From the NCBI RefSeq assembly GCF_009914755.1, contig NC_060930.1: a stretch of 64,000 bases of DNA. One strand, 5' to 3'. Origin of the DNA: the human T2T-CHM13v2.0 reference genome, Homo sapiens. The notes under the pieces are model-generated. The model was not told where the DNA came from. It saw only the letters and a list, made by a program, of their open reading frames with translations, and searched no databases. Below, piece after piece: positions 46,705 through 60,610 of the stretch (its first letter is position 1; each line of letters opens with the position of its first letter). The position numbers and the translations under genes were made by a program.

Positions 46705-46996
46705 TTTGTTTTTTTTTTGAGACAGAGTTTCACTCTGTCACCCAGGCGAGTGCAGTGGTGATCTTGGCTCACTTCAACCTCCGCCTCCCAGGTTCAAGAA
46801 ATTCTCCTGTCTCAGCCTCCCGAGTAGCTGGGATTACAGGCACCTGCCACCACACCTGGCTAATTTTTGTATTTTTAGTAGAGACAGGGTTTTACTATGT
46901 TGGCCACACTGGTCTCAAACTCTTGACCTCAAGTGATCTGTCTGCATTGGCCTCCCAAAGTGCTGGGATTACAGGTGTGAGCCACCGCGCCTGGCC
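46705..46996 (-). mobile_element. AluS with 18-bp TSD
   Basis: TSD TGAATTCTGCCTATTTTC at 46687-46704 and 46997-47014. Confidence 0.95.
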
Positions 46997-47310
46997 TGAA
47001 TTCTGCCTATTTTCAAAACATATTACAGATTGACTTTCACTGTGATATAACAAAAAAATGTAAGAAATTACAATTTGAAAATAAAAGAAAGATATGTTTC
47101 AGATACGAGAGATGGGTTAGTTATTGCTATTGAGAAACAAATTTAAATAATCTTCAGGGCAACTAAGGTGAAAAACAATACACATTTGATTGTATTGTCC
47201 TTATGTTGAAAGAAAGGAGGTATAACAATTTATTGGGAAAAATACAGTTCTTTCCAGGCACTGACTTTTCAAGGTAATTTATCACTCAGATATTTATTTA
47301 AAGAACATTA

Positions 47311-47610
47311 AGGGTGGGTATGGTGGCTCACACCTGTAATCCCAGCACTGTGGGAGGCCATGGTAGGAGGCTTGCTTAAACCCAGGAGTTCGAGACCAGC
47401 CTGGGCATCACAGCAAGGCTCCCACTACAAAAAATTAAACATTATTTGGGGGTGCTTGCATGTGCCTGTAGTCCCAGCTATGTGGGGGCTGGGGCAGGAG
47501 GATGACTTGAGCCCAGGAGTTCGAGTTTGCAATGAGCTATGATAGTGCCACTGCACTCCAGCCTGAGTGACAGAGCCAAATCCTGTCTGTAAATAAAAAT
47601 AAAAAAAAAA
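47311..47610 (+). mobile_element. AluJ
   Basis: Diverged dimeric Alu with J-type GAGCCCAGGAGTTCGAG; flanks AAAGAACATT / AAAAAACATT. Confidence 0.88.
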
Positions 47611-49406
47611 CATTGGTTAGCATAGTAGATAATGTCTTTGATTGGTTTTTAGTGTAATATATAGAAAAATTTTTATGGTTAATGTTTCTTATTTGATGGT
47701 TTTATGAAAGCCAAAGGCATGGTCTTATATTTTGGCTAGGTGAAGGCATTTTTGTAGAAGTTTAAGGTAATATAATCTAGGTACTTTTTTTGTTATCTAA
47801 ATCTGTATTGCAAAGGAATTTCAGAAAACCAGAGAGAGATGAGGATAAATAAAGTCTCAGATGTGGAAAAGCTTGGGGTGCTCAAAGAATAGGAAATAGT
47901 CAAGTGTACCTGGACGATACCATTTTTGCTTTTAGACATGCTGAGAATTTTTGACATTTAAAAAATGTTAAAGAGGGAAAATAAGCTGCTTAAGTATACT
48001 ACATTTTGCATTTGAGTTAGTCTTATATTTATTTACATACTTATCATAAAACATATTCTTGTCTCTAGTTCATGACTTAATTTTAAATAGGAAATAAAAT
48101 ACCTTGAGAAGAGATTCTGCATGTCATTATGTAACTATGGTACTTAGTTTTGCCAGTCAAAACCACACATTGCCACGTGAAGGCCAGTAGTTTATTGAGT
48201 ACTCAGGGAACAAAATTAGGTGGATTTTTTTCTGTTTTTTGTTTTTTGGGGTTTTGGATATTATACAGAGAGTGTAAAATTGCAATTTTTTTCTTCAGGA
48301 GACTCAGACTTGACCCTAAAATATGCATATAAACTTGAAGGCTCAAATAATGTTTTTTCCTAACCTGGAGGAAGAATTGTGAGAATAATGCTTTGCATAG
48401 AATCCTCTTCACCTTCTTTGCATGTTTCTTTTGGATCAGGCATAAAATAGGGGCCTGGTTTTGTTAGAGTGGGGGAAATAGTTGATGATATAATCACCCA
48501 TTCCCTCTTAGTTGCAAATGGTATTGAAATTACAGAAAGTCATCTGACCACTAGTTGAGGTCACTTCTTTTCCCATTCCTGCCATTCCCCCATGTCTGGT
48601 ATAACATTTGGCAAAATTGGTAACTGCTCTTGAGGGTTTTCATTTGTTTCTGTGTGTTCCTCTGAAATGTCATGTTTCTGGGGGAAGCAAGAACAACAGT
48701 ACAATTTTCCACATTGAATCAGATGTTCATGTGATCCAAGCGTGCTTGGAAAAATCTTACTGCTTAGGATTCTATACAACATAGCTCTCTTGTGCAGTCT
48801 GTAGTTAGACAGTTAAAGGGCCCATGCCTCACCTGCAGGGTAGCCCTTCTGAGTGCGGTGGAAGCAGAGCTTTCTTGGAAAGTGAGACACCACTTGATCA
48901 GATCCATTGTGGAATTGAACAAGATGTAAGACAGAAGCATGGAATTCTGAAAAGTCAGACAATGCATTAGTGCACTCACATTGTCTTATATTTAGGTCTG
49001 TCAGGTTGTGTTATAATTTTAAAAATTAATTTCAAAAGCGATACATACTTATTATAGAAAATTTGTGCAAATACAGGAAACAATAGAAATACAGGGAAGA
49101 AAATATAGTCCATCTTAATTCTCCCTAATTTTCCTTGCATCTTAGCATTTTAGTGCTTCAGGATGGTATTTATTTTGGAACTTTAGTACATACAGGAACA
49201 TAGAGAGACTACAGTATATATGTATATGTGTGTTCATACGTATGTAGTCAGATATCAGAAAAAATCATATTCTTTAAAACTTATTTTAAAATTACGGATA
49301 TCACTTAGAGATACTGATGTTAGTATTTTGATATTTGACTTTTCAGTCATATATATACTTCTGTTAAAAAAACAAAAAATTCAATATGAACATATGGTTT
49401 TTATAA

Positions 49407-49753
<347 letters not shown>

Positions 49754-50894
49754 TAGTATACAATACTGTAAGTTTTGACAGATGCATAGTTTTGATAGAT
49801 GCACAGTTTTGATAGATGCACAATTTTCCAGAGTGGATGTGCCATGTTGCATTACCACCAGCAATGTGTGAGAGCTCCACAGATGGGAACTCATATTGTA
49901 TCTTCAGAGTGTGGCGTTGTCAATTTTTCTTTTATTTCAGCCATTCTAATAGGTGTGTAGCACTATCTCATTGTGGTTTTGAGTTCCCCTCATGACTGAA
50001 GTTGTTAATTATCTTTTCCTGTGCCTTTTAATAATATATTCATGTTCTTTGTGAAGTTTGCCCATTTAAAAAATACTGGGTTGTTTTATTATTATTAAGC
50101 TTTGAGAGGTTTTATGTTTGCCAAATGAAAGCTCTTTGGCAAATATGTGATTTGCAAATGTTTTCTTCCTGTCTGTAGTTTATTTTATCAATAGTGTCTT
50201 AAACAGAGCAAAAGTTCATTTTGATGATACAAAATTTACCATTTTTCTTCTTTTTATGGAACCTCCTAGAAGTTTTAAAGTTTTAGGTTTTACATTTTTA
50301 TCTATAATCCTTTTTTTCTGGTATATGTTGTGCAATTTTCCCTGCACCGTGTCTTGAAAAGATTGTCATTTTGCCATTGAATTACGTTTGCACCTTTGTC
50401 AAAAATCAATTGACTACATTTGTGTGTCTGTTTCTGGATTCTGTTCTGCTCCACTGATGTGTGTGTCCCTTCACAGGTACCACACATTGTTGATTGCAGC
50501 TTTATAGTAAATCTTCGAAGCAGGTAGTGAGAATCATCTAACTTTGTTCTTTTTCAAAATTTGTTTATGCTATTCTAATTACTTTTCCTTTTTGTTTAAA
50601 TTTAGAATAATCTTGTTAATATCTACAGATAATTGTACTTGGATTTTTTAGTAGAATTTAATTGAATCTATAAAACGATTTGGGGAAAGTTGGACATCTT
50701 AACAATATTTACTTTTCCAACCCATGAACATGACATATCTCTTCATTTATTTAGATTTTTAAATTTCTTTCATTGATGTTTTGTAGTTTTCAGCATATAG
50801 TTTGTGCGTGTATTTTGTTAGGTTTATACCTATTTTATTTTTGATTAGTGCTATTGTGAATGGTATTTTTAATTTTTTTTTAGAAATTTTTATT

Positions 50895-51281
50895 TTCTTA
50901 GTCCATTTTGTGTTGCTATCACAGAATACCACAGACTGGGTAATTTATAAAGAAAAGAAACTTATGTCTTACAGTTCTGGAGGCTCAAAAGTACAAAAGC
51001 ATGGTGCTGGCATCTGGTGAGAGCCTTCTTGATGCACCATAGCATGGTGGAAGGCATCACAGGACAAGAGAGGCATAAGAGAAAGAGCCAAACTAGCTTT
51101 TATGACAGACCCACTCTTGTGATAACTAACTCTCCTGTGATAATCTGTTAACACATTAATCCATTAATGGCAGAATCCTCATGACTCAATCACCTCTTAA
51201 AAGGCCTTACTTCTTAATACTGTTAGATTGGGGATTAAGCTTCCACATGAATTTTAGAGACAAAAACATTCAACGGCAGTG
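50895..51281. mobile_element. MST/MLT1A-like MaLR LTR
   Basis: TCTTAGTCCATTTTGTGTTGCTATCACAGAATACCACAGACTGGGTAATTTATAAAG...CAATCACCTCTTAAAAGG. Confidence 0.78.
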
Positions 51282-52085
51282 ACCCTTTTATATTTAATTG
51301 ACATTTTAATTGAGGTAATTGTAGATTCACTTCAGTTGTAAGAAATACAGAGAGATACTGTGTAGGCTTCACCCACTTTCTCCCAGTGGTTACACCTTGC
51401 AAAACTGTATTATAATATCACAACCAAGATATTGATATTAAAACAGTAAAGTTATAGAACCTTTCCATTATCACGAAGATACCTCATGTAGCCCTTTTAT
51501 GGCCACAACTACCTTCTCCCTTTGACCCATCCCTAACCTTTGACAGCCATTAATTTGTTCTTTCTATGATTTTTGTCATTTCAAGAATATTGTGTATCCA
51601 TAACCATACATATGTGACTTCTGGGGATTGCTTTTTTTAAAAATCAGAATAATTACCTAGAAAGTCACCCAAGGTGTTACATGTATCAGTAGTTCGTTCC
51701 TTTTTAATTGCTAGTAGTATTACATAGTATGCATACACCACAGTTTAGCCATTTATCCGTTAAGGGATATCTGGATTGTTTCCAGTTTTGGCTATTATAA
51801 ATAAAGCTGCTGTGGACATTCATGCAGAGGTTTTTGTGTGACCATAAGTTTTTATTTCTCTGATATAAACATCCAAGAAGAAAAATGCTGTATTCTGTGA
51901 TAGTTGCAATTTTTAGTTTTACCGGAAGCTACCAAATGGTTGTCCAGAGTGGCTGTACCATTTTATATCTCCACCAGAAATATGTGACAGATAAAATTTA
52001 GCCCCATTCTTGCCAGTTATTTGATGTTGTCAATATTTTTAATTTTAGCCATTTTAATTGGTGTATAGTGATATCTCATCGTGGT

Positions 52086-52514
<429 letters not shown>

Positions 52515-54041
52515 TCATTGTGGTTTTAATTTTCATTTTTCAAATGGCTAACGACGTTGAATATATTTTCATGTGCTTACTTGCCATCTGTATATCCTCT
52601 TTAGTGAAACAAATAGTACTGTTTTGTTAAATTTTGCTTTCTGGTTGTTTATTGTTAGTGTATAGACATATTTAATGTGTATATTTTGACCTTATGTCCT
52701 GGTGATTTAACTAAACTTATTTATTAATTCAAGGAGCTTTGCTTTAGATTCTATGGGAGTTTCTTTTTTTTATTTAGACTATCATGTCACCTGTTAATAG
52801 AGACATTTTATTTCTTCCTTTTCAATATGGATAGCTTTTATTTCCTTTTTATGGTTTATTGCCTTGGTTAAGACTTCTAGTAGGTTTTAGGTAGATGAGG
52901 AGAGAGCAGATATCCTTAGAAGGATCCTTTCTTGTTTCTTGTTCCTATCTTAGGAGGAAAACATGTAGTCTTTTGCAATTAAGTATGATGTTAGATATAG
53001 ATTTTTTTTTTGTATATGCCCCTTATCAGTTGATCAGTTGAGTAAGTTTCTTTCTATTCCAAGTTTGCCGAGAGATTTAAAAAAACTACAAATGGATGTT
53101 GAATTTCGTCTTATGCTTTGATTTGTTCATATGGTTTTTCTTGACTTTTTTCCAAATTTTTAAAAAATAAATTTCATTGTGTGTATTTAAGGTATACAAC
53201 ATGATGTTATGGGATATATTTAGATGGTAAAAAGATTACTGTATTGAGGCAAATTAGCATATCCATTATTTCACAGATTTGCCCATTTTTTGATTTTGTG
53301 GCAAGAGCCACTAAAAGCCACTTGTTTAGCATGAATCCCAGATACAGTACAATTTTATTACATAGAGTCCTCATTTTGTACATTAGATGTCTGGACTTGG
53401 TCATCCTACATATCTGCTACTTTATGTCCTCTGACCTACTTCTCCCCATTTCCTCCCCACTTCCCACTCCCGTGCCTGGTAACCACTGTTTTGTTTTCTA
53501 TCTCTGTATATTTGAATTTTTTTTGGATTTCACGTATAAATGAGACCATGCAATATTTTTCTTTCTCTGTCTGGCTTATTTTACTTAGCATCATGTCCTC
53601 TAGGCTCATTCATGTTGTGACAAATGGATCTCATTCTTCTTTAGGGCTGAATTGTATGTATATATACACTGCAGTTTCATTGTCCATTTGTCTATCAACA
53701 GAGAGTTAGGTTGTTTCCATATCTTGGCTATTGTGAATGATGCTGCAATGAACATGGGAGTGCAGATATCTTTGTGAGATGGTGATTTCATTTCCTTTGG
53801 TTATATGCCCAGAAGAGGGGTTGCTGGGTATATGGTGGTTCTATTTTTTATTTAATTTTATTTTTTAGAAACCTCCATACTCTTTTTCGTATGGCTCTAC
53901 CAACCTACATTCCTGCCAACAGTGTACAAGAGTTCTCTTTTATCCACACCTTTGCCAACATTTCTTCTTTTTTGACGTTTTGATAATAGCCATTCTAATG
54001 GGTGTGAGATGGTATCTCATAGTGGTTTTGGTTTTCATTTC

Positions 54042-54416
54042 CATACCTGAGACTGGGTAATTTATAAGAAAAGAGGTTTAATTGGCTCATGGTTCTGCAG
54101 GCTGTGTAGGAAACATAACACTAGCATCTACTTCTGGGGAGGCCTCTGGAAGTTTACAGTCATGGCAGAAAGTGAAGTGGAAGCTTGTATGTTATATGGC
54201 AAAAGCAGGAGTGAGAGAATTAAGTGCTAAACACTTGTAAACAGCCAGATCTCACGAGAGGTCACTCACTATCACAAGGACAGCAACAGGGATGGTGCTA
54301 AACCATTCATGAGAAATCACCATGATCCAATAACTTCGCACCAGGCCTCACCTCCAACATTGGGGATTACATTTCAATATGAGATTTAGGCAGGAAAACA
54401 CATTCGAACTATATCA
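54042..54416. mobile_element. MSTA-like MaLR LTR inside L1MA
   Basis: ATACCTGAGACTGGGTAATTTATAAGAAAAGAGGTTTAATTGGCTCATGG...CAATATGAGATTT...ACTATATCA. Confidence 0.8.
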
Positions 54417-55721
54417 GTGATATTGAGCACCTTTTCATAGACCTGTTGGTGATTTTTATGTCTTATTTGGACAAATGTCTATTCAAGTCTTTTGCCTGTT
54501 TTTAATTGGGTCATTTGTTTTTCTATGATTGAGTTGCATCAGTTCTTTATGAATTTTAGATGTTAAACCCTTATCAAATGTTGGTTTGCAAATATTTTTC
54601 CCAATTTGTAAGTTGCCATTTGATTTCATTGTTTCCTTTGCTGTGCAAAAGACTTTTAGTTTGATGTAGTCTCATTTATTTACTTTTGATTTGTGGCCTG
54701 AGCTTTTGGTATGATATCCAAATAAATAAGTAAATCATTGCCAAGACCATTTTCTGGGAACTATTCCCGTGTATTCTCTTCTAGGAGTTTTATAGTTTCT
54801 GGCCTTACATTGATGTCGATTATGCATTTCATGTTGAATTTTGTATATGGCGCAAGAGAATGGTCTAATTTTATTCTTCTGCCTGTGAAAATCTAGTTTT
54901 TCCAGCACCATTTATTGAAGAGATTATCCTTTCCCCATTGTGTTCTTTTGGTGGCTTTGTCAAAAATTAGTTGACTATATATCTTTGAATTCATTTCTGA
55001 GCTCTTGATTCTGTTGCACTGGTCCATGTTTATATCAGCAACTTACTGTTTTGATTACCATAGCTTTGTAGTGTAATTTAAAATAATGATGTGCGATGAT
55101 TTTTGACTCGAACCAAGCTTGCATTTGTGGGGTGAATGCTACTTGGTTATGAGGTATTGCTCATTTTAGATATAGCTGGATTTAATTTGCTAATATTTTG
55201 TTGAGTTTTTTTGCCTCTCAGTTCATGAGGAACATTTGTCAATAGTGTGTTTTTCTTTTATTGTTTTTGGCTTTGATATTAGGATATGTTGGCCTCATTC
55301 CTCTTAAGTGTTCTGGAAGAGATTAAGCAAAATTAGTGTTACTTCTGTCCAGAATGTTTGGTAGAATTTACCAGTGAAAACCACTGGGCTTGTGCTTTTC
55401 TTTATTGGAAAATTTTATTCACAAATTCTATTTGATTTCAAAATGTAGGACTATTAATGTCAATTTTTAAAACAGATTTGGTATCTTTCAAATAATTGGT
55501 CAATTTCATCTTTCAGCATTTCCTTTTTATCTTTCTCTTATTGTCTGTAGGGTCTGTAGTGATAATCATACTTCATTGCTGATATGGGTAATTTGTGCCT
55601 TATCTCCTTTTTCTTTATCAGTCTGGGTAGGAGTTAAACAAATTTTTATTGATTTGTTTCAAAGATCAGCTTTTGATTTTTTTCGTCTATTTTTATTGTT
55701 CTCAATTTCATTGATTTCTCT

Positions 55722-56028
55722 CTTTTTTTGTTGCTGTTTTTTGTTTTGTTTTGTTTTTTGAGAAAAGGTCTCACTCTGTCACCCAGGCTGGAGTGCAGCT
55801 CACTGCAGCCTCAACCTCCCAGGTTTAGGTGATCTTCCCACCTCAGCCCCCCAAGTAGCAGGGACTACTGGCACACACCACCATGCCCAGACAATTTTTT
55901 GTACTTTTTGGTAGGGACGGGGTTTTGCCATGTTGCCCAGGTTGGTCTTGAACTCCTAGGCTCAAGCAATCCACCCCACTCAGCCTCCTAAAGTGCTAAG
56001 ACCACAGGCATAAGCCACTGTGCGAGGC
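55722..56028 (-). mobile_element. AluJ
   Basis: Diverged Alu with (TTTTG)n tail; flanks TGATTTCTCT / TGATTTCTGT. Confidence 0.85.
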
Positions 56029-57097
56029 TGATTTCTGTTTTTAACTTTTATTATTTTCTTCCTTTTGTTTGTTTTGGGTTTGTTTTGTTCTTCTTTAACT
56101 AATTTCTTAATGGGGAAGCTTACATGATTAATATGAACCCTTTATTCTTTCCTATATAAGCATTCGATGCTAAAAATTTTACCCTAGGCACCACTTTAAA
56201 TGTATCTCATGCTTTAATACATCTTATTTTCATTCAATTAAAAATATTTTTAAAAATTTCCTTTGATTCTATTTTACAGTGAGTTGTACACTATATTTTT
56301 TTACAGATAGCTTTTCATGGTTTACTTCTAATTTAATTACATTACAATCAGAGATCATTGTTTGCATGATTTCAGTTCTTTTAAATTTGTTAAGTTTGGT
56401 TTTATGGCTGAGAATATGGGCCATCATGTTACATATTCAGTGTGCACTTGAAATATGTATTTTGCTTTTAGTAAGTGGAGTGTTTCTTAAATGTCAACTA
56501 GGAGAAGTTTGTTGATGGTGTTATTCAGGTCTTGTATATTCTTGCTTGTTTTCTGGGTCTCTCATTAACTGAGAAAGGAGAATCGAAGTCTCTAAGTATA
56601 ATTGTGGGTTTGTCTATTTCCTAATTCAGTTTTATTAGTTCTTGCATCATATATTTTGGAATGTACACCTTGTTAAAAGTACATACACATTTGGAAATGC
56701 TATGTAGCTTGGTGGATTGACCCTTTATCACTATAAAATGTTCTTATTCCTAGGTAAATATTTTCCTTGCTCTAAAGTCTGCTTTGTCTGATATTAGTAT
56801 AGCTTCTCCAGCTTTCTTTGTATTAGTGTTTGCATGGTATGTCTTTTTCCATATTTTTACTTTTAACTTATCTTTATAAACACATTTAAAGTGAATTTTT
56901 TTGTAGATAACATATAGTTGCATCTTATTTTTAAAGTTTAATTTGATAATCTCTATTCTTTAATAGGTACAGTTTATGTTTAATGTAATTATTAAAATAG
57001 TTGGACTTAGGGCTACCATTTTATTATTAGGTTTTTATTTATTATCCTTTTTTTGTTCCCCCACCTCCATTTCCTGCCTTCTTCTGGGTTATTTGAA

Positions 57098-57394
57098 TTT
57101 TTTTTTTTTTTTTTGAGATGGAGTCTTGCTTTGTTGCCCAGGGTGTAGTGCAGTGGCACGATCTCAGCTCACTGCAAGCTCCGCTTCCTGGTTCAAGCGA
57201 TTCTCCTGCCTCAGCCTCCCGAGTAGCTGAGACTGCAGGCACCTACCACCACGCCCGGCTAATTTCTTGTATTTTTGGTAGAGACAGGGTTTCACCATGT
57301 TAGCCAGGATGGTCTTGATCTCCTGACCTCATGATCCACCTGCCTCAGCCTCCCAAAGTGCTGGGATTACAGGTGTGAGCGACCGTGCCCGGCC
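57098..57394 (-). mobile_element. AluSc/AluY-like
   Basis: CACTGCAAGCTCCGC, TTAGCCAGGATGGTCTTGATCTCCTGACCTC; flanks TTGAATTTTT / TTGAATATTT. Confidence 0.9.
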
Positions 57395-58225
57395 TTGAAT
57401 ATTTTTTAATATTTAACTTTATCTGTCGGCTGTTTGTATATATCTCTTTGAATTATTTTAGTTGTTTTTCTAGTGATTACCATATACAAACTTAGCTTTA
57501 CACAATCTACTTAGAGGGAATAGTTTATCACTTCAAGTGAAATATATAAACCTTGTCACTTTACCCTCCTTGATTTGTGTCATAGTTGTCATTTTCATTA
57601 TATCTACATGACTTGAGAACCCTATAGATAAGGTTATAATTTTTGCTATTAACAATAAATATGTTAAAGAACTTAGTATAGTAAAATATTATGTTACCCA
57701 GATATTTACCATTTCTGTTGCTCTCTTTAGTTCTTATGTTGATATTTCCCTCTGATATCATTTCCCTTCAGCTTTAGAATTTATTTCAGCATTTCATTAA
57801 GAAATCTGCTGGCAAGAAGTCTCTTGGTTTTTCTTCATTGAGTATGCTTTGTTTTGCCTTCATTCCTGAAGGATATTTTTGCTGGATATAAAGTTCTGGT
57901 TAGCAGTTCTTTTCTTTCATCACTTAAAAGATGTGTCACTGTCATCTAGCCTGTGTGATTTCTGAAGAGAAATTTGCAATTATTTAAGCCATTGTGCTCT
58001 TAAAGGCATATGTTGTTTTCCTCTGGTTGCCTTTATATTTTTTTCCTCATCTTTGGTTTTCAGCAGTCTGCATATGATGTTTCTGGGTATGGTTTTATAA
58101 GTTTACTTTGGTAGGAGTGTGCTGAGCTTCTTGAATCTCCAATTATGTCTTTCACTCAGTTTGAGAAGTTTTCAGCCATTATTTCTTCAAATATTTTTTC
58201 TATGATTACCTCTTTCTTTCATTTC

Positions 58226-58367
58226 TTCTTCTGCCAATTAAAATTCCACTTTACATCCAACCATCACTTTGGCTTTGAAGCCGCCACTTAATATTAACAC
58301 TTGGTAGATGTAGTATGACTATTCTTATATGTCTCTATCTACTGATGAGGATCCTACTCCTTTAATA
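58226..58367 (+). pseudogene. NUMT: 3' end of mitochondrial COX3 plus first ~12 nt of tRNA-Gly
   Basis: In the vertebrate mitochondrial code 58226-58355 reads ungapped [41 protein letters not shown] plus an incomplete T stop; the next bases ACTCCTTTAATA resemble the tRNA-Gly 5' end (ACTCTTTTAGTA), which follows COX3 in mtDNA. Confidence 0.93.
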
Positions 58368-58885
58368 CTACTGAAGAGTACTCTTTTTAGATCCTGCTCT
58401 TCCAGGACTCCATTGATATGCATGTCAGATCTTTTTATTATCATTCCATAGGTTGCTGAGGACTTGTTCATTTTTTTCTGTCTCTCTTTTTCTCTGTTTT
58501 TTAGATTGTTTAATTTCTATTGATCAATCTTCAAATTCACTGACTCTTTCCACTGTCATCTACATATTGCTATTGCATCCATCTAGTGGATTTTTAAATT
58601 TCCAATATTGTGTATTTCAGTTCTAAAATGTCCACCGGGTTCCATTTTATGGTTACTGTTTCTCAGCAATTAATTTCTATCTTTCATTCATTTTAACAGT
58701 GTTCATCTTTACCTCATGGAGGATTATTGAAGAGCTGCCCTAAAGTCCTTGCCTGATAATTCCACCATTGGTGTCCTTTTGGGGTTGACATCTGTTGATT
58801 GTGGGTTTCCCTTAATATTGATCCATTTTTCCTGGCTCTTTGTATGTCAAATTGTTTTGGATTATACCATGAACATTTTGAATAT

Positions 58886-59247
58886 TGTATTAGTCTGTTT
58901 TCACACTGCTGATAAAGACATATTCGAGACTCGGTAATTTATAAAGAAAAAGAGGTTTAATGGACTCACAGTTCTACATGGCTGGGGAGGCCTCACAATC
59001 GTGGTGGAAGGCAAAAGGCATGTCTTACATGGTGGCAGGAAAGACAGAATGAGAGCCAAGCAAAAGGGAAAACCCCTTATAAAACCATCAGACCTCATGA
59101 CACTTATTCACTACCTTGAGAACAGTATGGAGGAAACCACCCCCATGATTCAATTATCTCCCACTGGGTCCCTCCCACAACATGTGGGAATTATGAGAGC
59201 TACAATTCAAGATGAGATTTGGGTGGGGACACAGCCAAACCATATCA
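58886..59247. mobile_element. THE1 solo LTR
   Basis: TGTATTAGTCTGTTTTCACACTGCTGATAAAGAC...CAGCCAAACCATATCA; TSD AATAT/AACAT. Confidence 0.9.
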
Positions 59248-60610
59248 AACATTATGTGGTGAGGCTCAAGGTCCTGTTAAAATTCTGTGGAGAAATGTTG
59301 ATTTTGTTTATCTGTTTAAGCAGGCAACCAACCAAGTTTCCTTTTTCCAGCTCTTCTTTTTGTGATTTCTTTTATACTCTCCAGCTCTCAAGATGTCCCT
59401 TTTTATGGTTTCTGCAGCCAGAAAGAGTCTTCTCAAAATTTTAGCCTCTTATGATGTCATGCGGTTCACACAATTGGTGACGCCTTCACAGTGAGGCAGC
59501 AGGAGAAAAGAGAGAGAGAGAGAGGAAAAACAAAACAAAACAAAACGTATTTTCTCTCCACTATTTACACAGCAGGACTTCCTCTTGCTTGGTTCCTCTG
59601 GTCATTGAGTTGGATTTTTCTTGGGGTTTTAGGTACTCATGCTAAAGGAAAAAAAAAGAGGGAATCATAATCTCTAGCAGAGATTATGATAGAGGACTTT
59701 TCCTCTATCCTCAGACTGGAAAGAAGGGGCTTCTCCTGGAGTTTTTGCTGTCAGTGTTTGCTTCCCAGTTCTAGAATGCAGTCTGCACTCAGGTCAAATA
59801 AGGGGAAGAAAGGAGAGTAAAAATCCACAAACTGTACCCTTATGGGTCCTTATTTATTTTTGCTTTAGTTCCCAATGCACCTGTCATTGTGTAATTTTCA
59901 AAGTCCTCAGGCAGTTGATTTTTGTACTCTGTTCAGAGTTCTTAGTTGTAATCAATGGGATTGATAGGCTGTAGTCAGCTTACTCCATTTGGGCTGGCAC
60001 CAGAAGCCTACATATGTTTTCAATATCTACTTTTTTACACTTAAAATATTTTATAAACATTTTTCCGTGCCATTATACATTCTCCCATAACATAATTTTT
60101 AAGACTGCATATTCATTCGAGTGTTTATATTGATTGTCTTAGTGAATATATGAATAAATAAATCTTTACACACATCTGTGATTATTTTCTTAGGATAGAT
60201 TCCTTTTTTTTTTTTTTTTTTTTTTGCAGTTGCAAGATTTAATAGAGTGAAAACAGAGCTCCTATACAATGGGAGGGGACCCAAAGGGGGTTGCCACTCC
60301 GTGCTCAAATGCCTGTGTTTATATCCCGATCATTATCCCTGCCCCATGCTCTCTGGCGATATATGATTTGACTATTTCTTTACCTCCTCTTTTTAGCCTA
60401 ATTTGTATTTTAGTGAGCCCTCTTTATACCTGATTGGCTGAGTGTGAGCTGAGTTACAAGCCCTGTGTTTAAAGGTAGGTGTGGTCACCTTTCCCAGCTA
60501 GGCCTAGGAATTCTTAGTCAGCCTAGGAAATCCAGCTAGTCCTGTCTCTCAGTCCCACCTCTCAACAGGAAAACCCAAGTGCTGTTGGGGAGGTTGGCTG
60601 ACAACCGCTC

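Noticed and set aside
58356-58367. Functional tRNA-Gly gene
   Set aside because: Only ~12 nt of the mitochondrial tRNA 5' end are present.
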